NCBI GenBank assembly: GCA_047495785.1
Contig: JBLDXI010000030.1
Location: 1-64,000, forward strand
DNA from: Lepidodermella squamata
Lineage: Eukaryota > Animalia > Gastrotricha
Direction of reading: 5' to 3'
Length of the DNA: 64,000 nt
In this document: piece after piece, positions 38,976-52,303 of the stretch
Position numbering within the stretch: position 1 is the stretch's first letter
Layout of the letters: every line of letters begins with the position of its first letter
Notes under the pieces: model-generated
Told to the model about the DNA's origin: nothing
The model's database searches: none
Seen by the model: only the letters and a program-made list of their open reading frames with translations
Program-made: the position numbers and the translations under genes

Positions 38976-40246
38976 TTATCCGAAAATCATTAGATAAAGA
39001 ATTATTATGTCAACAATTATGGTCGTTAGTGTACTCAATGCAAAGAACCAAATATCGATGTATCTCATTCGAGTAATTTTCAGAGTTAAACGACCAATAA
39101 CTAATTGCTTCAGTACGGTTCTGAAATACTTCAACCGGCTGAAAGAGCAGGTGATCAGAGTGTAAATGCAACACACCAGACCGATGAAAAGCTGAAAATT
39201 GATATAAAACACGATTAGAGGTGTTTCGGATGAAACGGGCACGATATCACTGACTAGAGATTGCAGAACTCCGAAAGCTAAAAGAACTGTGATGCCGTAA
39301 ACAGGGCGGTCAGGTTCTTTCGGCGGGATGACCCCGGCAAACAGTTGCAGAATAGCAAGGCACAAAGAAGGGAAAAATATCGAGAAAACATAAGGCAGAT
39401 AACGGCGATTGAATTTAAGGGAAAACACAGCCACACGGTACAGATCAGGGTCGTTTGGGTAGTAGTGGTTCTCTACTTCAGCACTGGCGTTAATGAAATC
39501 CCAAATATCCGATGGATTCGTAAATGTGCTTTTGTCGATTCGAATTTCAGTTTCATCAGAGATGTTAACCAGCGCTGCAGCGTAGAACAATTCCAGATCG
39601 ATTGTGCAAATGTGGCTGTCGAAAGGGAATTTAGAAAATTTCAATCTGCAAAGGCTCTGCAAGCTGGCTGTGATCGTCCACGTTATATACCCGTCCATAG
39701 ATATGAAAAGGCCTGTGCCCTCGCTGTAGCTGTAATTGAACAAATTTCAAGATTCATCAAATATTCCTTATTCTTAAGGATTTCGTACCTTTTTAACGAA
39801 ATCGAATTAGCCCCATTCAGATGGTAGACAGTCGGAACCCAGACATTGTCACTTGATTCCTCAAAGCTCTTAACATCTTTCCACAGAACAGCGTCTGTCC
39901 ACGAGATGCAAGGATGTTTCCATCGCACGAAAATGCCGGCGAGTATCGTGAATCTTTAAAATAAGCACATAAAATGAGCCTTAAATGAAAAAATAACTCA
40001 CGTCATTCCTTTATCGCTGATTTCACGAAGGCTGAAGCCGTCCATGCTGATATAAATCGTCACAGCCTCTGAGTGGTTTGCGACAGGTCTTGCTTTCGAT
40101 CTGAAGGGGCACCTACTGGCAATAAATTCGCTAAGCTCATATTCGATTGCCACGAATTTCGGCGTCTCGGCTACATCGCCTCCTTCTGATGAAGCCAGAC
40201 AAATGACCGCGAATACTGACCATAATTTGAAACCAAAAATGTCCAT
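38976..40246 (-). CDS. Minimal pLGIC subunit D (3 exons)
   Basis: ARPV, WKHPC, WVPTVYHLN, CRLKFSKFPFDSHIC, M2 DRPVYGITVLL; introns ~39955-40001 and ~39731-39788. Confidence 0.88.
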
Positions 40247-40695
40247 TTTTCCTATTTTTATTTTCTTGTCGACTGCCATTCAGTTCATGAAAATCCCCAA
40301 CTGATAAATATTTGGAGAAAATTTTGGGTGCGTAATACAATAAGCCGATGTGCGGCAACACGTTATCAAACAAACCAATTATTTAGTACCTGTTGTTTAT
40401 TTTGACGTATTATATCGACATTTTGGAGAGAAAATTGTCAGCCTTGGCAATTTTCCAGGGCAAATGTGGAAAGCGGTGTATTTTATCCAGAGTTTTTCAA
40501 CATTTCATTAGGATAGGATCCAGGTTATCCTGAACTATTGGTTTCAAGGTCGTTTCGCATTTGAATCTAAGAGCTGTGGTCTTGGAAGCCAAAATCAAAT
40601 TGTTTTTGGTAAGAGCCGAAATGCCTGTTTGCTTGGTATTAAGAATTTATTTTTGCGATACCTGTCGCAGCTGTTACTTACACAAGATAAAGACA

Positions 40696-41120
40696 TTAAA
40701 TAAAATAATAAATGGTTTTGCAGATTGCTAGTAACAGCAAAGCAATCGTTGGCCAACTGATGGCTGTTGTTGCAGAGCTATTGCACAGATCGACGTTGTT
40801 GCAATTGCAAATTTCGACACTGATACCGAACTCTTTGTTCTTATAACATCCATTGGTCATTCCAGCTGGATTAGCCTTGGTGAAGCATTTTTTTGTAACA
40901 AATTTACTGCTCATAGCATCCCGAGCCGTTTTTGTACACCAATAGCAGCCACTCAATATTACAAATGCACCCGTGCCATCTCTACTGGAGCCCTCGTAAC
41001 ATTTCAGGGTAGCTGTATACATAAGAAATGAACGATTCTTTTGAAGTAAGAAAACACCTTTTTACCCGCTGACGGAACTGAAATAAAAATCAATATGGAA
41101 ATCAAAGTGACTCGTCTCAT
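40696..41120 (-). CDS. Ly6/three-finger protein
   Basis: MRRVTLISILIFISVPSA|gtaaaa..LKCYEG..CYWC..CNCNNVDLCN + tail. Confidence 0.9.
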
Positions 41121-42079
41121 GTTGGGAGTTGTGATCCTCGGGACTAACTAAGCGCAGCAAAAAACACCTCGTCGACAAACAAAAAACAGAGGCTTTGAGG
41201 TTAATCGGTGTTTTACACCTGTCGATCGCCGTGGCTTATCGGGCGAATTTACAAGTATTCAAGCCATATGTCAAGAAATTATCGATAGCCAAATGAATCA
41301 GTTTTTTAATTGCCACCATTTGGCTATTTTCCAATTACGATCTAATCATCAGCGCTGAAAGCGATGCCAAGGATTTTGTTCCCAGGTGAAAGGTGAACCT
41401 GGACGCCAGTAGCGGGCATATTGCTATCAGCCGATGAAAAATGTGGACGAAAAGAACGCGTCAATCAACGTTTTTTATGCATCGAATATGCTCGATGCTC
41501 GCGGGTGGATAGCAGAGAGCTAAGTAGAATATGGTAAGAATTAGGAACATTTCCGTGTAGTAGGGGTCTCCCTTTGCCCTTTGGCTTTATACACCGTGCG
41601 GACCGAGTGAACTGTAAGAGATGATCTCTACCATTCCTTGTGGTACTTCGTTCTCTGCTGGGTAGCGCTGGTCATATTGGTGTCTCTCCAAAGTACCAAA
41701 GGGTTGCTTAAGCATCTAGCACTTTCTGAGAGACACTAAAATTTACGACCGATCGGGTTGGCCGTTGGTATCACCCTTCATCCAGCTAAGGCTAAAAGGT
41801 TAAAATGCAGGGATTAGAAAAGTGTCAATTTAGCGGATATTCATCGGCAAAATCAACAAGGAAACGGAAAATTAACGATAAATTTGCCCAGGCGAGGATG
41901 AATCGCACTAGCGAAATCGTTGTTAAGGAAGATCGCAGATCGCCTGTCCTTCCGCTTTTCTGGGATTCCTAACATTCATCGCTTAACTTTCCAGTTGTGA
42001 CAAGTAAACATTTATTAAACTGAACTGATGAATGGCACTCGTTTTCCATTCTCATCTCTCTCATTTACTTCCGAAATTC

Positions 42080-42526
42080 TTACAACAATGCTGAAATCAC
42101 AAATGGCATTACAACACAAGCAATCCAAGCGATTGATCTTCCGGTGGCACGGGTAGCCGCCTCGTTGCACAGGTTGCGATTGCGACAAACGCTCCTTTCA
42201 AACTTTCGCCCGTGCTGGTCGCTGAATTTCCAGTTCGTTAACGGCTTAGTAGTCTCCACGCCGCTCTCACAGTGCCTCGTATCAACGGCAATACGGCCAT
42301 CAGCAGATACGACCGTCCTTCCGCAAATGCCCGTGCAGTTGAGCTTCCTGTATAAGCCGTTGATGCCTACCCAGCAAGTGACAGAACCTGAAGAAGAGGT
42401 GATTAAACACGGGTCAGAAAACAAGTTGATTGCGAATATACCAGAATTGGTTTCACGGCCGCCTTCCGACCAAACCCCAACGAAGGCGAAAATGGCGATG
42501 AGCAAGATAACAAATTTCGAATCCAT
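42080..42526 (-). CDS. Divergent Ly6/three-finger protein (6 domain Cys)
   Basis: Signal peptide, VTCWVG..CTGIC..HC..VCRNRNLCN + hydrophobic tail; one Cys pair lost. Confidence 0.75.
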   Translation of the reverse strand: MDSKFVILLIAIFAFVGVWSEGGRETNSGIFAINLFSDPCLITSSSGSVTCWVGINGLYRKLNCTGICGRTVVSADGRIAVDTRHCESGVETTKPLTNWKFSDQHGRKFERSVCRNRNLCNEAATRATGRSIAWIACVVMPFVISALL

Positions 42527-42608
42527 TCAATAATTTGCCTAGAAAATAAATGAAAAACCTTACTTTCTCCACTTTACTCTTCAATCCACTTCGCAATCAT
42601 AACAGTGA

Positions 42609-43644
42609 TCATAACAACAACAGCAACAGAACAGCGGGAAGAAATAGCGGTAAAGCAGACTCGTCAAGCACAGCTGAGCTTCCAGGGGCGTTGCAATAGT
42701 CGGTACTGCATAAGTGACCTTCATAATGGTATCTGGCGTTGCTGTAGCTGAAAAATGCGCTTATCGGCGGTTTGAAAAAGTAAAAAGAAACGAGCATTTC
42801 TGAGACTGATTTCACTGCATCGTCTGCATCGTCTGGAATACCTAAAAGATCTGAGGCGCAGCCGTAAAACTGCTTGAACGATCCATTGTTCTCTGACGTT
42901 ACGGCGACCCTAGCACATAACCTGCAGAAAAAGTCATCCGTCTCGTTACTAGCAGTCTCAGGATCCGTCCAGCACGACACAGGGCCTGCGATGGGAAAAA
43001 GCGATCAACTCTAAACAATGGTCTCATGTCTCATTCTAGTTGTTAGTCTGCGATACTCAAGCTAGCTGAGCCTTATTCGTTGCCATGAAAGATGACGTTT
43101 CAGATTCATTAAAATAGCACTAGTATTTGTTAGCATTTTCAGAGCCCAAGATTAATATAACCCAATAATACGAGATCTTATTACAGAAAAGCTAAACAAT
43201 CACCTCTCCAAGGCGGAAGTTGTCTTTTCACGCGAATTCGATCGACCTTGACTCCAGCCGCCTCATCTGGGTAGCCATAATGAGGTCGATTACACGGCTG
43301 AGCAGCATCAGCGGCTTTGCAATAGCAAATCCTGAACCAATCGCCATCGTGGCAATGGTAGCCGCATCCTGGCGGGTCGGTTAACTGCATCGCGTCAGCC
43401 GTTGAAGCACAGCCGAGTCGAAATTTGCGTCTGTCAGATGTCGCCACGTCCGAGAAACACCAGTCGGACCCATCATCGCAGGCCGCAATCGATATTTCCG
43501 AATTTTCTTCGTCCCCTGTGAAGCATCTCACTGTCGAATTCAAATCATCTTGTAGAGTAGTAGAGTAAATTTTGCCGCAGAATAGTCGGCCAGAATGATG
43601 AAGGTGACAGCAAGTGACAAAGAAATCGTGGACAAATTATTCAT
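42609..43644 (-). CDS. Probable two-LU-domain protein with inter-domain RVKR site (first splice junction unresolved)
   Basis: Domain 1 (ORF 43181-43543) has no hydrophobic tail; AG|gtgatt at 43203 joins in phase to cag|GC at 42986, giving PWRGPVSCW; domain 2 ends CSTDYCN + tail. Confidence 0.55.
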
Positions 43645-43863
43645 TTTTTTAACAAATCTACATTGAATATTATTATAAAATTCAACCATAAACTAGAATT
43701 TATACTGAAATTTCCCGATAATTTATGGTCATTTATTTTGATTTTTGTCAAATTATTTCTGAATTTCTGAAAATTTGGAGGATGCAGTTCGGGAAAATTT
43801 CAATTGGGGTTCAATGTTCAAATTTGTTCCATTACAAATCATCCGAATTTATTCAGCTATCAA

Positions 43864-44189
43864 TCATTGAGCTATCAGTCCTACAATGATGACACCCAAA
43901 AAACTGTTCACAACCCAAGTAAAATTAATTTCAAGATGTGACGAGTTATTGCATAGATCGCGGTCATTGCATAGACAGACGGTTCGTTCTCGGCTTTTCT
44001 CAGATGCCGAGCAACCAGCCGGACTTCCGACAGTGGCGACAGGCAGGAACTGGGTCACTTCCATCGATGTGTAGCATCGATATAAAATCGGCCAATTTTC
44101 GCGATGTTCCACAGATTCCTTCGTACACCAGCCTTTGCACTCCGTTTTTCTGGCACTCTTGCCTTTTCCGACCCAGCAAGTTATTTCAA
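43864..44189 (-). CDS. LU-domain exon with GPI-like tail (own gene or third domain of the upstream gene)
   Basis: tttcag|..EITCWVG..CKGWC..CLCNDRDLCN + hydrophobic tail. Confidence 0.75.
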
Positions 44190-44318
44190 CTGAAATTATA
44201 AATATAATGAAAAAATGAAATATTTCATTTCCATGAGAATTCATTCCTTGAAAAAGTTTAAAATTCAAAAATTCGAAAATAATGACCAAGCTTTTTATTC
44301 ATTAGTACCCCAGAAATA

Positions 44319-44434
44319 CAGGGCGTTCGCGTAATAATACTCTGGATGAGCTAAAAATAGCTACAAAAAAGCTCAAATGAATGCAAAAAGTAGCAGAGCT
44401 ATTTTTAGAAGAGTATTATTACGCGAACACCCTG
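44319..44434. mobile_element. Tc1/mariner-type MITE
   Basis: TA|CAGGGCGTTCGCGTAATAATACTCT ... AGAGTATTATTACGCGAACACCCTG|TA. Confidence 0.8.
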
Positions 44435-45053
44435 TATAGAAACATAATTCAGTTATAGGGCTAAGCGCAATTCGTAGGTAAAGAAAATATTCATAGTCAA
44501 GCATAAGCCGGTTGTATTTTGAAAACACGGCGTGTCCAATAAGTAACGCAAGCAAAAAAATAGACCAAAAAAGGTTCAGATTTTCTAAGATAAGAGACGA
44601 AGTCACATCTTAATTTTAGACAAATTTTAGAAAAATTCAAATAATCCGGTGAATAGATAGCAAGTATGTCACTTGTTAATGGAACTTGTTGGTCCAATCT
44701 AGAAAAATACCAAAATTACCGAACCAGTTACCATTGGGTTATTTCGGGTTTTCCTCGATAAATTTCAATTTTTCGGTAAAATCGCGGATAAATGATGGGG
44801 CATTCTCTCGGTGAGTTTAATCTAGAAAAAAAATCAGCTGGATTTGCCATAAAAAAATTGCCAAATTAAAAAGGAGCGGCGCAATTTCTGGGATGTATTA
44901 CGAATTTTGTATTATTTTGAAACAATGTAAAAATCAGTCGCAAATCGCAAAGTCCTAAGTTTTCTTATTGGAAAAGTCTCAGCCTGATATTTCCGAATTA
45001 AAGCGATTTTCCGCAGCTAAAAATGTTTGTCGTCCTCCTGATAGTTATCTTAC

Positions 45054-45978
45054 CATCATTGCAAAATGGATCTCTGCAGAAACAGTAGTCGTGCACGAAT
45101 CGAGTCCCAGCGCTATCGACTGTTTTGTAACGAACACAACCTGGCAGTTGCTTCATTCTCGCTCTCGCCATGTAGTCGTTCATACATCCTCTTACCACCT
45201 CGCAAGATGAATCACCGGTGTTCGTTCCACCATAGCACCAGCCATTGCATCGCGTGAACGAGTAATTACCGCCTGATCCGGTCAAACAATTCATATGTCC
45301 TATAATTGAGATGAAAATTGAAGATTTCATCTTGGTGAGAAATTTTGAAAAATTATAAAATTAAATAAAAAAATTGAAATCAATAATTAGAATATTTTCT
45401 GATTTTTCGCAACAAAATATAATTAAAATTCAAGAATATAAAATTACAATTTTGTTGAGAAAATAAAAAATGGGCGAAGAATTATTTCAGAAAGAAATGG
45501 GAATAATAAGTCTCAAAAATTTTCCTATAATTTGAAATTATTTCCATCGATGTTGAACTCACTTGGAAGATTTGTGATATCGCTGATGGTGTTCAGTGAA
45601 AATTTGTCATTGCAATTGTCGGCGTTGTTGCACACGCAGTGGTCCGCTCGAATGCCGTCGTTCGTCCCAGTGTCAAGGCTGCAGCTCGGGATGACTGAAA
45701 CGAGTTCGCTGGCCAACTCTTCTGTAATGCAGCCTTTGCGTAAGAGCGGCAGTTCTCCGAGCTTGGAAAATTTCGATTCAAAACAAACGCCCTCGCAATG
45801 ATCGGTAGATCCATATACGTCATCTTGACCCTGCCAACATTTCAGTCCCGCGACTCTTCCTGATTTTAATAAAATAAATTATTTGATTATTAAAATGGAT
45901 TAAGCAAAGCTGACCTGACTTGAGAAAAATCACTGATAAAAGTGCTATCATAAAAACTGACGTGCGTGACCTCATCAT
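45054..45978 (-). CDS. Multi-LU-domain protein: signal exon + LU exon + LU exon, continuing downstream
   Basis: Exons 45978-45915, 45859-45563 (LKCWQG..CVCNNADNCN) and 45299-45054 (MNCLTG..CFCRDPFCN), all phase 1 with canonical GT/AG. Confidence 0.7.
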
Positions 45979-46785
45979 TATTATTTGTTATTTTTTTTGC
46001 TTGTCGTAACCAAATCGGCAAGTAATTATGATGGTGACCTTTTAGGTTCGCACAGTGACCTCTTTTTCTGAATCAGCGTATTATCACTCATTCAGATACT
46101 AGCTGTTCTACAAAACGATAAACGATTGCTCAGCCGAATTTTGATAACTTTCTTCATTCGACCCCGGGTTAAACAGCAAGTGTATGCTTTATAGCGATCA
46201 TTTGGGCAGGATCAAAGCTATCAAGGTGACACATTCATACGGTACCATCGTGAATAACTTAGCAAATCATACACAAAATCAAAATGTTATTAAGTAATAT
46301 CGCTGAATAATGAAAATCAATATGTCAATTAAAAAATTAATCACATCAGCCTAAATTTAAATTTAAAAATTTCTTTTAATTTATAAAAGATTTATATTCT
46401 TTTCCAATTATTTTTTCGGACAAATTGTTTTTTGTACGGTTTTTGATGATGGAGGGTGTGGGATCAGATCGTCGCTTCTCATATTCAATGCTTTGCTTGT
46501 ACAGCTATCAAGCGTTGCGAAACTTTATTGCTCAGTTGCTGATACATAATGAAAACAAAAATAGTTTTTGAAATTCGCAGTGGTAATCGATAACTCTGTC
46601 TGCTAAAACTGCAATTTTCCATGAACCGCTGAAAATTAAAATTTCTCAGTTATTTATCTATGCGCTAAATTAAAAGTTGCAGTGAACAAATTGAAAAAAT
46701 TGAGAGAGAAGCCCAAAGTCAAATCCACAAAGTTCGATAACTTTTTCTTTGCTTTCAATCGAAAATAACGAAAAAATAACCTAAC

Positions 46786-48011
46786 ATGTTGCTGCAGCTC
46801 TTGCTTGCAAGTCTTTTGCCGTTATTAGCTCGCGGCTATTCACCACCCGAAGAAGCTTTGCGGTTGGCTTTGATCGAGGCTTGTGATATTCGAGCTTTTG
46901 CCAGGCCAGTATGGAAAACTGAAGATACAGTTAAAGCTACGTCGCAACTAGATGCACTAGCGTTTCGTGAAATCAACGACCGCGATCAAACGTTAGTTAG
47001 TTTTTCTTCGAATTATAATCTACTAAAATTTCTTGGCGTAGATTCGCCATTTTCGCGACATTGATAGTCAGCTGGAAGCATGTTTGCGTCGAAGCGTTCA
47101 ACTGGTCAAGCAAGCCCGAGTTTGCTGGAATAACAGGCTTCGATGAAAGAAGCGAGAATGTATGGATGCCGCCAATTTTCTTAATCAATGCAGCTGAAGA
47201 TTTCGACTTGCCGAAATTCAGCCCGCTCTCGAGCTATTGGCCCAGCGGAAAGATCAGCAACGTATTCAGCGGACATTTCACCAGCTTTTGTGAAATTGAG
47301 TAAGGATTTGAGTTGAGTACATACAGACGAGCTAAAAATGATTTGCACAGCTTTTTCAAGTTTCCGTTCGATACCCAAACCTGTGGATTCATAATAGAGC
47401 CGTACATGGATATAAGCCTCTTCGACCTGACCTTAGATCCAGATGCAACGAGCTGGATCCGCATAGATCCCTCGGCATTCAATAAACAGAGCCACATGTG
47501 GCAATTTATCGCAGCAGGGGCGTCGAACAAAAGTATCACCTACCCAGGCTACGACAAAATGCTATGGTCCCATCTAGAGTTTTCCTTTACCTTCAAACGC
47601 AGATACGAGTACTATGCAAGCTCGATTTTCTTACCATCTTTCGCGCTATTGTTTCTTCAAGCTCTCACTGGCCTTCTACCCCCTGAAGAGCCGGAGAGGT
47701 CTTCGTTCAACATGACTGTCGTCCTGGCATTCAGTGTTCTTCAGTCGATGGTTTACGACAAAATCCCCCAGACTTCGGATACTCCTCTTGTTGTTTACTT
47801 TATTCTAACTCAACTGGGGACAAGCGTGATGTTCTGCTGCTACAGTCTGGTCTCGTGCTTCTTGGCGCATATTTTGAGCGGCTGGGCATGCCTGATATTC
47901 AAGAAATACCACGTAAGCCTGATAAGACTGATCGACTTATCGACGCATGCTTTTCTACTTGTTACAAATATTGCTATCAATATTGTCATAATGTATCTCA
48001 TGACATCGTGA
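46786..48011 (+). CDS. Minimal pLGIC subunit E (3 exons)
   Basis: Close paralogue of A/B/F with the same introns, Cys-loop and 4 TM. Confidence 0.9.
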
Positions 48012-48623
48012 AGCTTCAGCTGATAACATGAGAATGTATGATCTCTTTTCTCAAATAATTGCAGCGGGGTTGTAGATGAATTTAAATCTAAATGAATTTC
48101 CTCTAAATTCTCCTAAATAAAAAACAATATCCCCGATTATAATATTTTCGTCTCAACGAGTATATTTCCAAGCCGGACCGGTCCATAGATCGAATTTGCT
48201 CTGGACAGGACGTTTTTTGCTGGGACTGCCTTAGTTCGGTTTACAGCATTTTCGCTTTACTATTCCTGTTATCCGTCACCTGCAAACCGAAGTAAACAAA
48301 TATTAATCCGAAAGATTCATCGACGTTACCGATATGTCCAGCTATAGCGATGCACATATCTTTTATTCAAATAAAGGAATGCAGTGTTTACAATACGAAT
48401 GCGGCAATCGATATGTCTATGATTGCAATAACGCAGCTCCGTCATATACGCGATCATCCTTGAGCTGCTGAAATTTATTGCCTCATTTATTTAGACATGC
48501 TCTACATTAAATTTCGAAGCAAACAGATTAAAAGCTTTATTGCATAAGTTCACCTAAAAAGCTAAAAATTATATTCAAAAATTTGGGCACATTTGCTTTG
48601 CTCAAAACCGCAAAAAGTCTAAC

Positions 48624-49844
48624 ATGTTGCTGCAACTCTCGCTTGCAAGTCTTTGGCCTTTATTAGCTGAAGGCTATTTACCGCCCGAGGAAGCTTTGCG
48701 GTTGGCTTTAATCGAGGCTTGCAATATTCGAGCATATGCAAGGCCAGTATGGAAGGCAGAGGATCCAGTTAAGGCTGTCTCGCATCTAGATGCTTTAGCA
48801 TTTCGCGAAATCAACGACCGCGATCAAACGTTAGTTTTTCCTCAAATTACATTATTCTACTAACCTTTCTTGGAATAGATTCACAATATTCGCGACTTTG
48901 ATGGTCAGTTGGAAGCATGTTTGTGTCGAAGCGTTCAACTGGTCAAGTAAGCCCGAGTTTGCTGGAATACCAATTTTAGATGAAAAAAGTGAGCATGTAT
49001 GGATGCCGCCTATTTTCCTAATAAATGCAGCTGAGGATTTCGACCTGCCGAAATTCAGCCCAATCTCAAGATATTTGCCAAGCGGAAAGGTCAGCAACGT
49101 TTTCAGCGGGCATTTCACCAGCTTTTGTGAAATTGAGTAAGAATTTTAGTAATGAATAGGCGAGCTAATTATTAGCTACACAGCTTTTTCAAGTTTCCAT
49201 TCGACACCCAAACTTGTGGATTCATAATCGAGCTGTACATCGAAACAAAGCTCTTCGAACTGATCCTAGATCCAGATTCAACAAACTTGATCCGCATTGA
49301 TCCGTCGTCATTCAATAAGCAGAGCCATATGTGGCAATTTGTCACGGCTGGTGCGTCGAACAAAAGCATCACCTACCCAGGCTACAACAACGTTTCATGG
49401 TCCCATTTAGAGTTTTCCTTTACCTTTAAGCGTCGATACGAGTACTATGCAAGCTCGATTTTCTTGCCTTCGTTCGCACTGTTGTTTCTTCAAGCTCTCG
49501 CAGGTCTACTACCACCTGCGGAACCGGAGAGGTCTTCGTTCAACATGACAGTCGTCCTGGCATTCAGTGTTCTTCAGTCGATGGTTTACGACAAAATCCC
49601 CCAGACTTCGGATACTCCTCTTGTTGTTTACTTTATTCTAACTCAACTGGGGACAAGCGTGATGTTCTGCTGCTACAGTCTTGTCTCGTGCTTCTTGGCG
49701 CAAATTTTGAGCGGCTGGGCATGCCTGATATTCAAGAAATACCACGTAAGCCTGATAAGACTGATCGACTTATCGACGCATGCTTTTCTACTTGTTACAA
49801 ATATTGCTATCAACATTGTTATAATGTGTCTCATGACCTCGTGA
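48624..49844 (+). CDS. Minimal pLGIC subunit F (3 exons)
   Basis: Tandem paralogue of E; open reading after splicing. Confidence 0.9.
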
Positions 49845-49934
49845 AGCTTTAGTTGATAATCTGATCTCTTTTCAAAAATAAATGCGTTCGGGTTGAAGGT
49901 GGAGGTAAAAGTCATTTATTCATCAAAGTCGTAG

Positions 49935-50537
49935 TTATGAAATTAATCTGCTGATCTTGGTCTCCGAAAAGTCTATAATCCTCCAAACTAGTATGACCCA
50001 AGGAGGTATGTCGAAAGGCACCAGAGTTCCTCTTGGTGGGCACAAGAAGCTTTTGGCCTGTTCGAAAACCGCCAAGCAAAAGCCAATAGCGATGAGGCGG
50101 AATATGTAGTTCTGCAGCAACGGATCAGCGAATTCTAGGAAATCGAAAATCCAACTGCGGATGCATAGCCATATGGCGTAAGCTACCAGCTGTATAGCGA
50201 CATGGCTGATTGTCGCCAATTTCCCGAGTTCGAACAGCAGTTTGAATTGACGCAAGCGCACCCGGTCGGCAATATCGATCAGCGGAAGAATGATGATTGC
50301 ATTCGATAGCAAACTTAGGTATATCGCCTCTTTCGCTAGTTGTAATTGAGCGAAACAGTAGCAAGGCACAGCTACTGCAAAGAGCACGGGACCAATGAAG
50401 TTAGAAGTTGATTTTTCCGAGGAGTCTCCTGCTTCTTCTTTCACGGCATTTCGGTTTTGCTTGTTCCCTTTTCCTTTGAGAAGTAAAATTTCTCTTAAAA
50501 ATTAGCTATGGCAATGGAAAAATAACTTACTGGCCAT
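49935..50537 (-). CDS. Small multi-pass membrane protein, unknown function
   Basis: Micro-exon ATGGCCA|gtaagt spliced in phase to a ~180-aa exon with about four hydrophobic segments. Confidence 0.55.
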
Positions 50538-50839
50538 CACGTTAGTTTTGTTCACAGCTGAGTAACCATTTTGCCTTTGTGTGTTGGTATTTACCTATAA
50601 GCTTATGCTACACGTGAAGTGGCGTGAAATGGCCAGCGCGTGTTTTTAGATTAATTCTAAAAACCATGACGATATTGCTTTGTTTACGATATGAGTAGGT
50701 ATGCTACATTGTGGTTACGAGTGCATGCATTTACGATTAGTATTCATTCACTGGTTGAAAATGCTATTGCGGGTTTCAAAGATATTGCAAATAAAATGCA
50801 AGTATGGCGAGGAGGCAACGAGCAAATTCCTTTGCTCCT

Positions 50840-52109
50840 TTATGAAAGTAATTTCGTGAAAATAGTTCCAGCGATTATAGCGTTCAGTAGAGTTGCTAAT
50901 GTAATGACCACCAAGTCGATGGCTTGGATGACTGAAAGCGAAATTACGCCGAGTTTGATCTTTTTGCTGAACGAGGATTTCCGCGCTAAGAAGCATGCAA
51001 CTATTGAGTAGGACGTGCAAAGGATGCTGCTCGCGATTTGAGACACGAGAAACACTGTAATCAGCGGGATCTTTGAAGTTTGAGGGATGAAGTCAGAAAC
51101 TACTGACTGCAACACGCCGTATGCTAGGACGACCGTTAAACCGAACGAAGCTCGTTCTGGCTCTTCAGGCGGTAACAGGTTCGACAGAATTTGCAGGGCA
51201 CACAGCCCAAATGAAGGTAGGAAAGTTGCGTAAACGAAATAGCGTGGATTTCTTTGGAAAGTGAATGAAAATTCGATGTGGGAATAGTTTGAAGAATATC
51301 CTGGGTAAGTGACAGTTGTTTCTGTCGCTTCCACGTTCATAAGGGCCCAAGTTGCGGATCGGCTTATGAATTTCTCATAGTCCACTCTGATAGCCAAGTT
51401 AACGTCCAGGCTGACATTATGCACATGTCGACCACTTAAAGGCTCGAGGACTATGCTACAAGTTTGCTGATCGAATGAAAATTTTTCCAAGCTGGAATAC
51501 CGGAGAAGTTCAGAGAATCTGCAAAGTTAGCCTCAAATGGCTTACTCTAGCTCGCACGTTGAAACGTAACTTTCCGTAACCGTCATGACCATGCTGCCAT
51601 CGCGGAATGTCATCAAAGTTGCGTCAGGGCTATAATTGAAATTTAACTTTTGTTGTTTTCCCTAAATGCAGTTACTTTCTCACGCCTAGCGTTCCCATTG
51701 AGTTCATGTGGAAGATATAGGGTGTCCACAATTTACTAGCATCTTCCTCGTAGCACTCCATTTCTTTATATTCTGGGATTTCCATCCAGTAAACACACGG
51801 ATGCTTCCACGATAGATTTATCCCCGCCGTGACGAGAAAACTGAAAGAAATTTGAAATTCATAGAATAAATTGGATGACATAGATGTTGTACATTACGTC
51901 TGAGCTCGTTCGTTAATTTCATTGAAATTATAAGCATCCAAGCTTACAGATATATCTGTTGTTTCGTTCGATCTAGCTATGGGCCTTGATTTTGAGTAGA
52001 GGTCACATTTGCTAGTCATAAGGACCCTGAGCTGCTCTTCGATCGACGTGAAGTTCTGCGCTTGAGCCCTTTCTAACAGCGTCAAAAGAATAGTGATAAA
52101 TTGTATCAT
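50840..52109 (-). CDS. Minimal pLGIC subunit G (4 exons)
   Basis: SRPI, WKHPC, WTPYIFHMN, spliced CELDLEKFSFDQQTC, M2 ERASFGLTVVL. Confidence 0.85.
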
Positions 52110-52303
52110 ATTTTAGGTGATACACATACAATTAAATGCGAAATAATTCCTCAGTAGAGTTTTTATTTGTCCAGGGCCAACATTTGCTCATCTTAAGTCA
52201 AGTTTATTGTGCTTTTTCTCTAGTGCGGCAACTCGACTGTTTGTTCTTCAGCGGATTCGTTAACAAAGGTTTATCAATTTTTCAGGGTTAATTCAATGAA
52301 GAA

